Numbered from the stretch's first letter, positions 1-14,995 are shown. The stretch: DNA of 64,000 bases from Octopus vulgaris (GCA_951406725.2 OX597829.1:36022001-36086000), one strand, 5' to 3'. The notes: generated by a model from the sequence alone, not told the origin. Translations and numbers: made by a program.

Positions 1-198
1 GATATATACATACATATACATACGTACACACACACACATACATATACATACGCACACACACACACACATACATATACATATACATATATATATATATATG
101 TATGTACGTATGTATGTATGTATATATATATATATATATGTATGTATACATATTTATATATATATATATATATGAATATATATATATATATATACATA

Positions 199-239
<41 letters not shown>

Positions 240-740
240 CTGTCGGTGGTGGAGAAAGTCTATTTCTGAGCTTTTGAATCATGTCGATAGAAAATTTTTG
301 GCTTTATAAATAATGAATATACACTTATTTAATAGAAGCATATGTATGTGTGTAGTCTTCAAATTTTCTGAGTACATATATCGAATGATTCCAATTATTT
401 AAGAAAGTTTTACCAATGAATATACATGCCATCTGATAGAGAGAGTATAAATTCATATATAATTAGGATTGCCGAATACAGGGCTAAAGATACAAATATG
501 TGATTATAATTTGAAGCATTAGAATACATGACTAGTTTACTACTTTCTAGGAATATGCAGTGTTTGATCATAATGGCCATATTTGTCTGGCAGTAGGTGT
601 GACGAACGCAAGTTGGAAGCAGGAACGAGGTGATTGCAGAGAAGAAAAGAATATATCACATATATGCACGAACGAGTGGTTTGAGGTGGCAGCAAAAGCG
701 GTAGAAGAAATAACTAGATAATCGAAACTCGAGTAATAAA

Positions 741-778
<38 letters not shown>

Positions 779-895
779 TTCGTACGCACATACTCACACA
801 CACAATAAATATGTGTATATATACAATAATAAGCAGACACAGACGTATACAGGCATGTGCATTAATATATATGTATATATATATGTATATATATA

Positions 896-968
<73 letters not shown>

Positions 969-1063
969 GTATTTATATATATATATGTATATATATATAC
1001 ATATATATATATAGACATATATATATATATACATATATACATATACATACATACATACATACA

Positions 1064-1130
<67 letters not shown>

Positions 1131-1154
1131 GCACGTATATAAATATGTATGTAT

Positions 1155-1718
<564 letters not shown>

Positions 1719-1731
1719 CATATATATATAC

Positions 1732-1785
<54 letters not shown>

Positions 1786-2112
1786 TCACATGCATACATA
1801 ACTATACATAAGAACAATATAAATATATTTATATGCGCATATGCATGTACGGATATCCATCCAACATTACATATGTATATGCATACATGAAAAAAATCTT
1901 CAGAATAATGACAATAATTACTGAACGGCCGAGTTTAACGCATGTAAATTAAGAAAAAAAAGGATATATAAACATGTATTGAGTTCTACTTCTATTTTTC
2001 CCGCCAAATAACTCTATCAATTTATATCTTGCTACCAATCGATGTACATAAATACATACACATGCACACACGTACATACATGCAGCACAGATGTTTTAAG
2101 ATTTAATATATC

Positions 2113-2520
2113 GGCGCAGGCGTAGCTCTGTGGTAAGTAGCTTGCTAACCAACCACATGGTTCCAATTTCAGTCCCACTGCGTGGCACCTTGGGCAAGTA
2201 TCTTCTACTATAGCCTGGGGCCGACCAAAGCCTTGTGAGTGGATTTGGTAGACGGAAACTGAAAGAAGCCCGTCGTATACACACACATATATATATATGT
2301 GTTTATATGTTGTGTGTGTGTGTGTGTGTGTATTCCAACATCGTTTGACACCGATGTTGGTGGGTTTACGTCCCTGTAACCCAGCGATTCGGCAAGAGAG
2401 AACTATAGAATAAGCACTAGGCTTACAAAGAATAAGTCGTGGGGTTGATTTGCTCGACTAAAGGCGGTGCTCCAGCATGGCTGCAGTCAAAATGACGGAA
2501 ACAAATAAAAGAATAAAAGA
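2113..2520 (+). mobile_element. tRNA-derived SINE family 1 (CORE-like), full length with internal microsatellite
   Basis: Head GGCGCAGG...TGTGGTAAG (A box), B-box remnant, CORE-like CACCTTGGGCAAGT, internal (TA)/(TG)n, tail GGTGCTCCAGCATGG...GAAACAAATAAAAGA. Many copies in the window. Confidence 0.85.
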
Positions 2521-2955
2521 ATATCAGCTTGAGGTTCGAGCCTCACTGCGTTGATTTTGCATTTCGAATTTTGAACAAATTTCTTAAACTTTGGGTAAGT
2601 ACAGTTCCTTTGAGTTAAATTGAGTAGACCGGAACTGCACAGAACCAATCGATCAATCGTGTCAGAAACTCCAGTGAGCAACTGTGTCACGTGTTTTGCC
2701 ATTCTGATTTCTCTTTCAGAACTAGAATTAGATTGACGCTACAAAATTTTGTGGAATACTCAGAATTTATGCTATAATTCGATGTGTAACAGGTCCAGTT
2801 TAAGAGATGTAGAATTAATTCTTTTTTCTCTTTTCATAGCCATACAGCTCAGTACAACGATGGCAATCTTACATACATATCTGTCCACATACACACGCAC
2901 ACACATATATATACATACATACATACATACATACATACACATATACACACACACA

Positions 2956-3035
<80 letters not shown>

Positions 3036-4636
3036 CCATATTTCCCGGAAAATAAGCTCTACCACGATTTTTCAGGATGTTTTTAATATAAACCCTACCC
3101 CGAAAATAAGACCTAGTTAAAAATGCATAATCTTGTTAACAAGACCATGTGACATTTGCAAAATAAACCAACTATCACAGCTTGGCTAAAGTCTGCGCTA
3201 AGCGCGCATGCACGGAGTTGACTCGCTTGGCTTGACACCCTTGTCCTTCAGGCAAGATAAATGCAAAAAGAAAGAGTTATTTCGTGGAGTACAAGAAAGA
3301 AATTGTGGAAGAGTCGCATAAGAATCTTACGGCATTCTGTAAGGGGGAGATATTGGATCTCCGAATGGTTCAAAAATGGCGAGCAGAGTACGATAATCTC
3401 AGCAGACAGGTGGATGAGGGAAGTGCTAAGAAGTGCAAGTGTGGATCAGGACGACAACCGTTATTTTCGGAAGATATCACTTCGGAATGGATTGCTGATA
3501 GAAGAACAAAGCATCACCTTGGTTGGATAACTTTCTTCGGCCATATGGACTCTCTCTAAGAAGATCGACAACACTGTTCAAGCTGGGGGATGCTGAAGTG
3601 ATTCAACGTGCACTTATATTCAAGTCCTTCGTTGATGGCATTGACTTTTCTAAATACAATCTCTCCAAAATAATTGCAATCGATGAGACTGTAGTATTTA
3701 TGGACCAAGGATCTAAATCGATAATTGAACAGACAGGTGCCTTGTCAATCTACGAAAGGGTAAGAGTTACGAAAGTGTAAGAGTTACTAGTATCTTAACA
3801 ATTCATCATGATGGAACAAAAGTCCCACCGCTTATTATCACAAAGGGCAAAAAAGAAAAAACAATGGGTTTCGAGCATTTATGTCCTTAAAGCGGAAAGG
3901 GCTAGTTGCACACAAGCTGTCATAATAAATTGGGTTGATTTAACTATACCACTTATTTTACGTTGGGATTCGGCCAGTACTCATCGTGCAAAAGATGTGC
4001 AAACCTTCTATCTGAAAGAAGAATTGATCACATAATGATTTCCGCAGGAATCACTTCATATCTTCAAGCGTTAGATCTTGTAATAAAGAAGCCCCTCAAG
4101 GATTATTTGCGGATGGAAGTGAATGAACATATCGAACATAGAATGGAGAGAAATCATAGTGGAAACTTTGTCAAAACTGACCTCCAAGAAGTCATGAATT
4201 GGGTGAAGAATGCATGGAATAAAATTACCGACAGTTGCGTTGCCAGTGTACTACGAGCAGGGTACTTGGACAAAAAGTGTTCATTTGAGGAAAGTTATAT
4301 TGCCAAACATCAGAGATGGAGGACCATGATCTACAAGAAATGGATTTGCAAGAAATTCGGTCTGAAGTTCGAGATTTGTTGATTTATGGCGATGTTCCAG
4401 AAGAGGACGAAATGTTTGTATTCAACTAAAAACAGCAAGCAAATAAATGAACTTTTGATAACAAAAGCATGAGTTTCCTTTATACATTTTTTCCTTTTAC
4501 CTGAGGACATAAGTCATTTTTGTCTTTCTTTGACTTTTTTCCTCAAAAATATAAAATATCCTCTGAAAATAAGCCCTAGTGCATTTTTAGATGCAAAATT
4601 ACTATAAGACCGGGTCTTATTTTCGGGGTAACATTT
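3036..4636 (+). mobile_element. Decayed pogo/Tigger-type (Tc1/mariner superfamily) DNA transposon
   Basis: Termini TA|CCATATTTCCCGGAAAATAAG and CTTATTTTCGGGGTAACATTT|TA form imperfect TIRs with TA flanks; subterminal GAAAATAAG repeats near 3102 and 4566; broken transposase inside. Confidence 0.85.
3261..4429 (+). pseudogene. Frameshifted DDE_1-type (pogo) transposase
   Basis: Fragments across frames: N-terminal HTH-like YKKEIVEE...MVQKWR, FLRPYGLSLRRSTT, and catalytic-motif remnants IAIDET, WDSASTH and TSYLQALDLVIKKPLKDYLR, plus WVKNAWNKI. Confidence 0.85.
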
Positions 4637-6084
4637 TACAACCGGTGTTCGCTTGTTTACCATAAATATCAGACTTAAAATATGTGTAAGTATTACGGTC
4701 TAAATTCTGTTCATCTAAACTCTTTAAAGTTAGTGCTCCAGCATGACCGCATTCCAGTGACTGAAGCAAGTAGAAGATTGATATAAATGTATGAATCTAC
4801 ATTTTTGTTTGTGTATGTATTATAATCTGTCAGTCAAATTTGACTCTGACCTGATAGCTACCAACAAAATATATAAACGAATAATAGAAAAAAAAGAAGA
4901 GGGAAAGTAGTCGAGGAAAAGATTGAAGATTACACACAAAGTTATTATGTTCGTCTATTGGGGATCACGGAAGACAATGACTTCAAACGTGCACCATCTC
5001 AACAGGAGATGAATCCATGCAGGGGCTGCTTCTGCTTATACTGTACATTCCGTGCATTTAAACCACGGAAGTGGTGGTATTTCATTCTCAAAGTTTGCCG
5101 TCCGTCACCCACCTACTTTCAGCCTGAAACTACGGAAGTAATAATATTTCATTGTTACAGATGTGCAGGATATACTAACAAGCAAAACAAAAGTATCATG
5201 TTCCATACAGTTTTACTCGCTTGAGACAGATGCCAGACTAGTGCAGGGTTCACATTTTAAAGCAATAAAGTATGGCTTGCACATCAGACACACGGTCACC
5301 TTTTCACACAATATGGCCAGCACCAAAAAATGTCAAGGCAACTAAGATGGTTTGAGGATGCAGTTGTCTAACGTTACTACCACAAGAAGTGTTCTGAATA
5401 ACATTTTCTATTTGTTCCAGATCACTTTTGCGCCATTTCGCCTAACTCAGAATTCGCTGCATTTTCATACAAACGTTGTTGTATTTACACGAATAAGGAA
5501 GTCATTATACGGCCGTATCTTTTCCCTCGGAGTGTCAGACATTGGAACTACCTTCTATCTCATTGTTTTTCCCACCTTTCATGACCTGAATTCTATGCCT
5601 AAAGTAAATTTATTCTGATGGTTTTAATTTCTCCTTCTTAATAGTCCCTTATACAAAGTGGTTTTTGCCTTGTTTGAGACTTAGAAAAAAAATTATTTTT
5701 TAACCTTACAGTACCACCAAATTTGATATGTGTTTGACACACAAAGCATCAGTTCAAATGTTTCCGTTGGATTATAGCATTTAACCAAGAATGATTGCAA
5801 TTGCCGCCCGTACCAGTAGCCCATGTTAGCCTGGAGATGTCAAATTCGAAGCCATAGAGATCAGGGTTATTTATTTCTTCCATACTTCATTTAATATGCT
5901 CATTATTGGAGTTCATTTACTTTTCGAGAACATTTTAATTTTAATTTTTTTATCTCGCAGTAAGAGTCATAATTTTCCACACCAAGTTAGCTTAATTGCC
6001 GATAACCCAATCATAAAAAGGGTTGTTTTCGATTGCATATTACTAACAACGCTCTTATGTGACATCTATCTCTCCGTCTATCTG

Positions 6085-6181
<97 letters not shown>

Positions 6182-6219
6182 ATATATATATATATATATC
6201 TATCTATCTATCTATCTAC

Positions 6220-6252
<33 letters not shown>

Positions 6253-6515
6253 CATCCATCCATCCATCCATCTATCCATCTACCTATCTATCTATCTATC
6301 TATCTATCTATATATCTATCTATCTATCTATCTATCTATTTATCTAGCTATCTATCTATTTATATATATGTCTGTCTGTCTGTCTGTCTTCCTATCCATT
6401 TGCTTGCTTATCTGCCAGTCTGTCTATCAAAAAATTTATCTCTCACTCTCACTCAATCTCCCTCTCTATCTCTGCTTTTGCCTGTTTGTCCGTCTGTCTT
6501 TCTTTCTCTCTCTCA

Positions 6516-6568
<53 letters not shown>

Positions 6569-7014
6569 TATGTATATATATATATACATATATACACACA
6601 TGTGTCCATGAATGTATGTATGTCCGTATGTACTATAGATTTTTGTAACTTTCATTAACAAAAATTAACGAAGCAGTTGTATGGAAAAGAAACATCTACT
6701 CGATATAATTGAAATAAAATATTTCCATTGAATACATATATATAGGAAATATATTTTGAAATTGCGTCTGTCTTTGAAATGCTCACATAAGTACTGATGA
6801 TGCACGTTCTAAACTGATGGGGTACATATTCTTATCGTGAGGTATTTTACTCACAAAACATACCAGTCCATATACATGCTGTTTGAAAAAAAATAAATAC
6901 CCATACATACATGTCTGTGTATGTAACCATCCATCCATCTATCTATCTGTCTATCAGTCTGTCTTCTATCGATCGATCGATCTATCTAGTTTTATATATA
7001 TATATATAAAACTA

Positions 7015-7117
<103 letters not shown>

Positions 7118-7570
7118 GCCCGCGTGTGCGTGTCCGTGCGTATGTGTTTGTATGTATTTGTGTGTGTTTGAGACCGTGTGTATACAAGGAGTCCATGAAA
7201 TACCTTTACAATTTGAAAAATACAGTAAGATTAAAAAATAACGAGCAGTGTTCTATTGGGAAGTACAAGCAAATACGCAAAGGTTTCTTAGTAAGATAAC
7301 ACCACTTCTATCTGGGCTGCTCTGGTGGCGCACAACCTGCTGACTTACTCTTTTTTCAATTTTCAAAATGTAAAGGTGATTTATAGGTATAAAACAGGAG
7401 GGTATATAAATATATATATATATATATATGTGTATATGTATGTATGTATGTGTGTATGTATGTATGTATGTATGTATGTATGTATGTATGTATGTATGTA
7501 TGTATGTATGTATGTATGTATGTATGTATGTATGTATGTATGTATGAATGTATGTATGTATGTATGTATG

Positions 7571-7604
<34 letters not shown>

Positions 7605-7710
7605 TTTATGAATGTACGTATGTATGTATATATGTATATATGTATGTATGCATGTATGTATGTATGTATGCATGTATGTATGTATGTATGAATGTATGTA
7701 TGTATGTATG

Positions 7711-7744
<34 letters not shown>

Positions 7745-7843
7745 TGTATGTATGAATGTGTGTGTGTGTGAAAGCTAGATATTTGCTGATTGACAGAGAT
7801 GGAACGGAAGGCTATTTGGCACGGGCGTGATCGTATGGTAAGG

Positions 7844-7900
<57 letters not shown>

Positions 7901-8051
7901 CGTTTATAAATTTTTTCTCCTGATAATGTTATCTTGCATGAAACTCTCATCCTTAGATTTAGTTTTCTAACTACCGATTAGAAGTATTAAAAACATTTAA
8001 ACATACATACTCTCCCCAACATGCACACACACACACACACGCACACGCACG

Positions 8052-8115
<64 letters not shown>

Positions 8116-8301
8116 GAATCGTTTAAAGACTAATCTGTGTATGGAATCCAGCGATATCTTAAAGTCAAAATTTCTATGACTGCAAACATATATACTTTAG
8201 CATCAATGAGAAATGATGAAACCATAAAATGTTCACAGACCAGATTTAAGTTCAACTCCAAGAAGATCATTTTTCGTTCATCAGTTTAATCATGAAATAT
8301 A

Positions 8302-8730
8302 TACTCTTTTACTCTTTACTCTTTTACTTGTTTCAGTCATTTGACTGCGGCCATGCTGGAGCACCGCCTTTAGTCGAGCAAATCGACCCCGGGACTTATT
8401 CTTTGTAAGCCCAGTACTTATTCTATCGGTCTCTTTTTGCCGAACCGCTAAGTGACGGGGACATAAACACACCAGCATCGGTTGTCAAGCAATGCTAGGG
8501 GGACAAACACAGACACACAAACACACACACACATATATATATATACATATACATATATATATATATACGACAGGCTTCTTTCAATTTCCGTCTACCAAAT
8601 CCACTCACAAGGCATTGGTCGGCCCGGGGCTATAATAGAAGACACTTGCCCAAGATGTCACGCAGTGGGACTGAACCCGGAACCATGTGGCTGGTTAGCA
8701 AGCTACTTACCACACAGCCACTCCTGCGCC
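8302..8730 (-). mobile_element. SINE family 1, well-preserved copy
   Basis: A box TGGCTGTGTGG, B box GGTTCAGTCCC, full tail ending in (AGTAAAAG)n. Confidence 0.9.
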
Positions 8731-8821
8731 TATGTGTATATGTTTACACAAAGAGTTGGAGCGAGAAGGTAAACAGAAAAAGATCAGACCAATGCATAAT
8801 CAAAATTTGAGAATAGAGAGG

Positions 8822-8982
8822 AGGTGAGCGTGGCTGTTCGTGGTAAGAGGTTTGATTCACAACTCAATGGATCCTGGTTCAGTCTCAAAGCATGGAATCT
8901 TAGGTAAATGTATTCTTCTACAGTCACGGGCTGAACAAAGCATTGTGAATGGATTTCGTAGGAGAAAATTGAAGAAGCATGT

Positions 8983-9030
<48 letters not shown>

Positions 9031-9056
9031 CATACATACATAGATATATACATACA

Positions 9057-9093
<37 letters not shown>

Positions 9094-9340
9094 ATTTATT
9101 TGAATCGGTGTTTTTGTGTCTGTGTTTGTTTCCCGCCACTGCTCGACAATCGGTGCTGGTTTCTTTACGTCCCCGTAACTAGCGGTTCGGCAAAAGAGAC
9201 AAAAGCATACGTACCATGCTTTTAAAAAAATAATTACTGAGGTATGTTTATTTGACTAAAAATTCTTCAAAGTTGTACTCCAGTATGGCACACTATGGCA
9301 CAGAATGGCAGTCTAATGACTGAAACAAATAAAAGATAGA
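8822..9340 (+). mobile_element. SINE family 1, older copy
   Basis: Degenerate head, internal (CA)n/(TG)n and tail. Confidence 0.7.
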
Positions 9341-9499
9341 AGATGAAAAAACAACTGGAAGCATAAAGAGAAAGTAAAAAGAGACCAGGAAACCCGAAAG
9401 TACTTGAAGTAAATATATAAATGAATTAATAAATAAAAGGGAGAATCCAGGTGAAATCTGCTGTGTATATATACATATATCTGTATAAACATGAATATG

Positions 9500-9746
9500 G
9501 AAATCTCCTACCAGCTTCCAACGTTTTAAGGGCTTTGCAGGGCATTGCAAGCGAGGAGTTAAACAAGAGCTGTCTGGCAACCTAGCACAACGAATGTGAA
9601 AGCATGTAAATACTCCAGCTGGTCGTCCGAACACAACATATGTTGATCGACACGGCACCGACACTGGATGCCTCCCTGAAGACCACAGCGAGATGGATGG
9701 CGTGTGCGGGCTAAAATATTCGATCAAGATTGACCAGATGATGATG
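9500..9746 (+). mobile_element. Decayed RTE-like LINE 3' fragment
   Basis: FAGHCKR, VWQPS, GRPNTTYVD..TDTG and RDGWR remnants; ends in (GAT)n. Confidence 0.55.
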
Positions 9747-10654
9747 GTGTTGGCTACGTGCTAACACAATTGTGTGTGTGTGTGCGGTTCAGGTGTACAA
9801 AAATGCAAAAACATAAAAAAAACAGAAGACGGAGGTAGGTGAGGAAACAACAAGCAAGTTAACATTTCGAGCCTACGCTCTTCGACAGGGAGAAACGAAG
9901 AAAGAAAACCGAGAGAGAGAAAAAGCGTGTTTGGATTAATGTGTGTGTGTGTGTGTGCGTGCGAATAAAATTAGCTAAGAGAAATAGAAGTGGGAAGTGA
10001 CGTATTTGAACAACACAGACAAATACAGAAATATCAAAAACCATCGACATAAATTCTTGATTTATTAAATTTATCCCTGCCTCCGGAGAATGTACCATAA
10101 TGGCAATTAAGACCACCAGCAATTGAGAAGGGGAGATAATCTCAAGAATCAATACCAGTAAAATTGGCTTGCCATTAAGGTAAAAGAGGTAGGAGAACCG
10201 TCATGGCACATGATTCTGACTTAATTGCCGACACGACAGGTTTCTAATGATGTTTCCAGTAGTCAGGAACTTAAAGTCATACAAAAAAAAAGCATAGCAA
10301 ACGTGTAGTTTAGGTAATTTGCATAATGTAACAAACAAAAATGAGCTAGAAATAATTTAGAGTGGCGAGTAGTATGCTTTTCAGCAACAAATATATTTGT
10401 TTATATGCCTAAAACTAGATAAAAAGCTCAAAAGAAAACTATAGACAATAGTCTGATGATGGCTAGTAAACCATGACATAAAATTCGCTGCAAACATTTT
10501 AAGATGGAAAAAGTTTATATCGTATATAATATATCGTATATATATATAATTATATATATATAAAGTTAATCCAAACAAGAAAGCACAAAAAAACACAACA
10601 ACGCGAGGACGTGGAACAAATATAGTATTATTGGACGCTCAGGAAAGAAGGAGG

Positions 10655-10689
10655 GTTTAACGTTTCGAGCGGAGCTCTTCGTCGGAAAC
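10655..10689 (-). ncRNA. Minimal hammerhead-like motif with CCGACGA core
   Basis: GTTT-CCGACGA-A-GAGC(tcc)GCTC-GAAAC-GTT-AAAC. Confidence 0.6.
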
Positions 10690-10934
10690 ATAGGAGAAGG
10701 AAAGATCCAGAGAAGGGAAGACATAGGAAAAAAATAGCCAACGGTACACAAACAAAAGACGAAGACAGGTGGTGTACAAAGCAAACAGATGTATTAGTAT
10801 AACGCTCAGGAATAGAAAAAGTCTTTTACGCTTCGAGCCTACGCTCTTCTACAGAAAGGGACACAGAAAAAACAAGGAGAGAAACAACGAAAGAAAAAAA
10901 TGTGTGTAGTGGCTAGTATGTATGTATATGTATG

Positions 10935-11000
<66 letters not shown>

Positions 11001-11024
11001 TAACAAAGATGTACATGTGTCAAT

Positions 11025-11097
11025 TCATTACGGCCGTTTCAAGCGAATCCTTTGACTGATTAATGAAAACTCTGCAGAAACCGTTCTCATCAGATGA
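11025..11097 (-). ncRNA. Type I hammerhead ribozyme motif (degenerate mirror on + at 11264-11345)
   Basis: TCAT-CTGATGA-...-GAAAC-GGCC-GTA-ATGA; stem II pairing is weak. Confidence 0.6.
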
Positions 11098-11703
11098 TCG
11101 CATAGACTTCAAGCATAAATTTCCTTAACATACTCACATCAACAATGCAACCCAGATATGAAAAAAGAAACATTGTAAATATTTTGAGTTCCATTATTGA
11201 ATATGTTAATATGTGAATATGTTAAGAAACTAGTAGTGCCATTTATGCTTGAAGTCAATGCGGTCATCTGAAGAGAACGTTTCTTTCAAATGATGTAATG
11301 TTTTTACTAATCAATTAAGGGAATCGCTTGAAACGGCCGTGATGAATTCACACCTGTACATCTTTGTTACTTATTAATATTTTGTTCACCTAACTTGGAA
11401 TCTGCGCTTCAGAAATACTATAGAAAATACCTTTATTAAAAGTACAGGTCTGAATTAACAAAAATGCATATCTCAATTAGCTGGGTTGCATTGTCTACAC
11501 ACACGGCAGAAATATCAGTTACAAACACCTTTGCAAGGAGTCTTGATATTCAATATTCAATAAATATTGTTAGGGTGTGCGAATTATACCGACCTAGCAA
11601 GATCTCTCAATTAAAATACGAAATAACAAATCCAAAGGAATCTTAATTATGTATATGTATATATATCTACCTATATATATCTACCTAACTGTCCGTCTGT
11701 CTG

Positions 11704-11753
<50 letters not shown>

Positions 11754-11761
11754 ATACCTAA

Positions 11762-11829
<68 letters not shown>

Positions 11830-12027
11830 TATATATATAATTGTATATAGTATATATATTTATGTATGTTTTTACATATATACATATATTTATACACACA
11901 TACATACATTTAAATATGTATTGTATGTAATATTGTGTGAGCGCGCGTGAATGTGACATAGTAAATGAACAAAGAGACAGTAAGGAACTAACAATCAGAT
12001 TGAAAAAATATATAAGTAGCAACATAG

Positions 12028-12071
<44 letters not shown>

Positions 12072-12169
12072 TATGTAAATATATGTATTTATAAGTATAT
12101 ATGTATATAAATATATATGTATATATATATAAATTACAAACATGTTCATGCATATACACCAACACACGT

Positions 12170-12207
<38 letters not shown>

Positions 12208-12436
12208 GTACAATATATATAGATGCAACTCCATCACTTTTTAGATTCAACAATAATGATACATTATAGTTGGGCAACCAATTACACCGTAGCGAAATCA
12301 CAACTACCTGTCCAAAATTAAGGTTTGAAGTAAGTAGGTAACTTGTATAAGTACATGTAAATATTACTGTGTGTACTTATGCACACATATATACACATAT
12401 AAATAGTGGTATACATATGTGCGTGTATTTAGTAAC

Positions 12437-12474
<38 letters not shown>

Positions 12475-12534
12475 TTATTCGCATATATATGTGTGTGTAT
12501 ATATATAAACATATATGTATTTATATATATATGC

Positions 12535-12566
<32 letters not shown>

Positions 12567-12764
12567 CTGATACTCTATACATATATTTATATATATATGT
12601 AGATTTATCTATATAGATAGACAGATACACACGCACGTATTACATACGTGCGCGCGTGTGTATGTGTTTGCATATAGAAACATATATCCATATGTTGATA
12701 TGTTTGTATGTGTATAAAAATATATATTTAAAGAAGCATAGGTCACTAATATACACACCACGGC

Positions 12765-12805
<41 letters not shown>

Positions 12806-12903
12806 TAAACATATATATGCATATTTCTATGTATATATATGTGTGTGTATATATATTTATAATAGATAGAAAGATAGATCGATATATATATATATATATA
12901 TAT

Positions 12904-12934
<31 letters not shown>

Positions 12935-14130
12935 TGTTTCTTTATTAGCCACACAGGGCTGCACACAGATAGAACAAATTACAAGGTAGAGCTTTTCTTT
13001 TGAAGGTTTAAAAAGTTAAAAAAATAAAAAATAAAAAAATAAAATAAAAAAGGGGGGTCGATCAAAAGGGATCGTAAAAGGAGAGAAAGAGGACAAAAAA
13101 AAGGGGGGGGGTTAAAAAAAAGGGGGAGAGGAAAAAAATTGATCAATAGGGATCGTTATCACAGAAATGTCAATATGAAGTGTAAAGGGGAGGACAGGTG
13201 AGGTTTACCCGTGGAAAGAAAAGCCTACGGAAAAGACCACGGTAACCTCGGTCAATGAAGTCACATGTTATATTTCTTTTTTTTTTTTTTTTTTTTGCAA
13301 ATAAGCAACTCTCTGTATTAATTTTTACGGTTCATAGAATCATAGTCAAGGTGGCTTCGTCATTCATACGTGCCATCCTTGCTACATTCACCCATCTTTT
13401 TTAAAAACATTCACTAGACAAAACTTGCCTCTCTACTCTCACTTTTTTCTTCAAGTGATACTTGAAGAAGTTGATGAGAGATTGACCAGAGAGGAAAGTG
13501 TTTGTCTCTAATCCTTTCAGACGCGTCCACCAGATACATTCTTTCGCCATAGCCACAAGTATGATAAAAATAGCTCTTCCTTCCCGTTTGAAGGAAGGAG
13601 GCGTGACGATATTAACGATAGACTCGGCTAATAAACCGACACGTCCCACACGTGACAGCAGTCGTTCGACATAAGCCCACAGGTGGGAAATTGCTGGACA
13701 CTGCACGATTGCGTGCAGAGCGGTTTCGTCGCTCTGCCCGCATCTCGGGCAGGTCGGCCCCGTGTTTCTCGAGCCATGCCTATAGAGCTTATCCCGAACG
13801 GGTAGCGCTTCTCGGTAGCACCGCCAGGCCAGGGATCTCTGGAAGTTGTCCATAGGTCCCGGGCCGAAAGTCGTTTGAAACAGGCGGGTCAGGTATTCCT
13901 CGTCGACGCCCAGGTTTGCCCCGAGCTCGTCGTCGTACCTCCCCTCCACTAATCCCCTATAGAATGCTTTGGTTGTGTTGAAGTCACTCAAGGTCGACCC
14001 GGGACGGCAGAGTTGCTTGAGAGCAACGCGACACTCGCGGTGCCATTCGCCCTTCTTCGGCCTCTTTTTGATCCACGACTGTAGTTCGGTCATGGAGACG
14101 AGTTGCGGGAATGCGTGCCTCACAAACGGC
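12935..14130 (-). mobile_element. 5'-truncated Tx1/L1-clade LINE (ORF2 C-terminus + 3'UTR) inside a (GATA)n tract
   Basis: ORF has a zf-RVT-like motif WRCYREALPVRDKL...CPRCGQSDETALHAIVQC...LW. A one-base homopolymer shift near 13401 would extend it to KKRWVNVA...IL* (stop 13332-13334). 3'UTR ends AATAAAGAAACA; (TATC)n on both sides. Confidence 0.85.
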
Positions 14131-14219
<89 letters not shown>

Positions 14220-14799
14220 CAGACAGATATATGAATGTCGCCCTTCGTGTATGTGTATGTGGATCAGCCCTGAGTGAGTTTTTAAAGTCTGCGCATTTCT
14301 GATATGGCGTAATTTATGAAGTAAATTGACTATCATTAAACTCCATAAATCTATGGCAAACCGAAAATGATTTGTGTCCACTCAGGGGTTAATGTTATCA
14401 ATGATTTTCTCCGACTAATCACACGCACGTACACAAGTAGGATCACATATAAAATTTTATGTATGTTTATGAGTAAACTGGAGATGTATGTGCGTATGAG
14501 TGTGTTTCCCGATGTTGCTTGACAATCGGTGTTTCTTTGTTCAAACCGTTATAATTCAATAGTTTGACAAAACGGGACGAATTCACGGAGTACCTACCAC
14601 TGTTTGATAACATTACTTCCAACACAGTAAGACGTAATTCAACATGGTCACAGTAGCACAGTCAAATAACTGAAATATGTATAAGAACAAAATGTGTGTG
14701 TGTGTGTCTGTATGTGTATCTGTGTGTGTATGTGTGTGAATGTGTGTGTGTGTTAATGTGTGTGATTGTGTGTGTGTGTGTTTGTGTGCCGATATATGT

Positions 14800-14995
14800 A
14801 GGCTCATGCGTGACTGTGTCGTCATATGTTTGCTTCAAACCGCATGGTTCTGAGTTTATTCCCACCGCGCGGCACCTTGGCCAGGCGCTTTCTTCCCTTA
14901 CCTCGGGCCGAACAAAACATTGTGAGTGGAGTTGGTAGACGGAAACTGCAAAAAGCCCGCCGTATATATAAATATATAAGTGTGCGTGTTTGTGC

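Noticed and set aside
2113-2185. tRNA genes at SINE heads
   Set aside because: A and B boxes are present but there is no convincing cloverleaf, and each continues into SINE body.
10040-10270. Possible Penelope GIY-YIG remnant between hammerhead motifs
   Set aside because: Could not read diagnostic residues in any frame.
13401-14381. 326-aa ORF as a host gene
   Set aside because: Its N-terminal part is flank plus (TATC)n read-through; the remainder is LINE ORF2.
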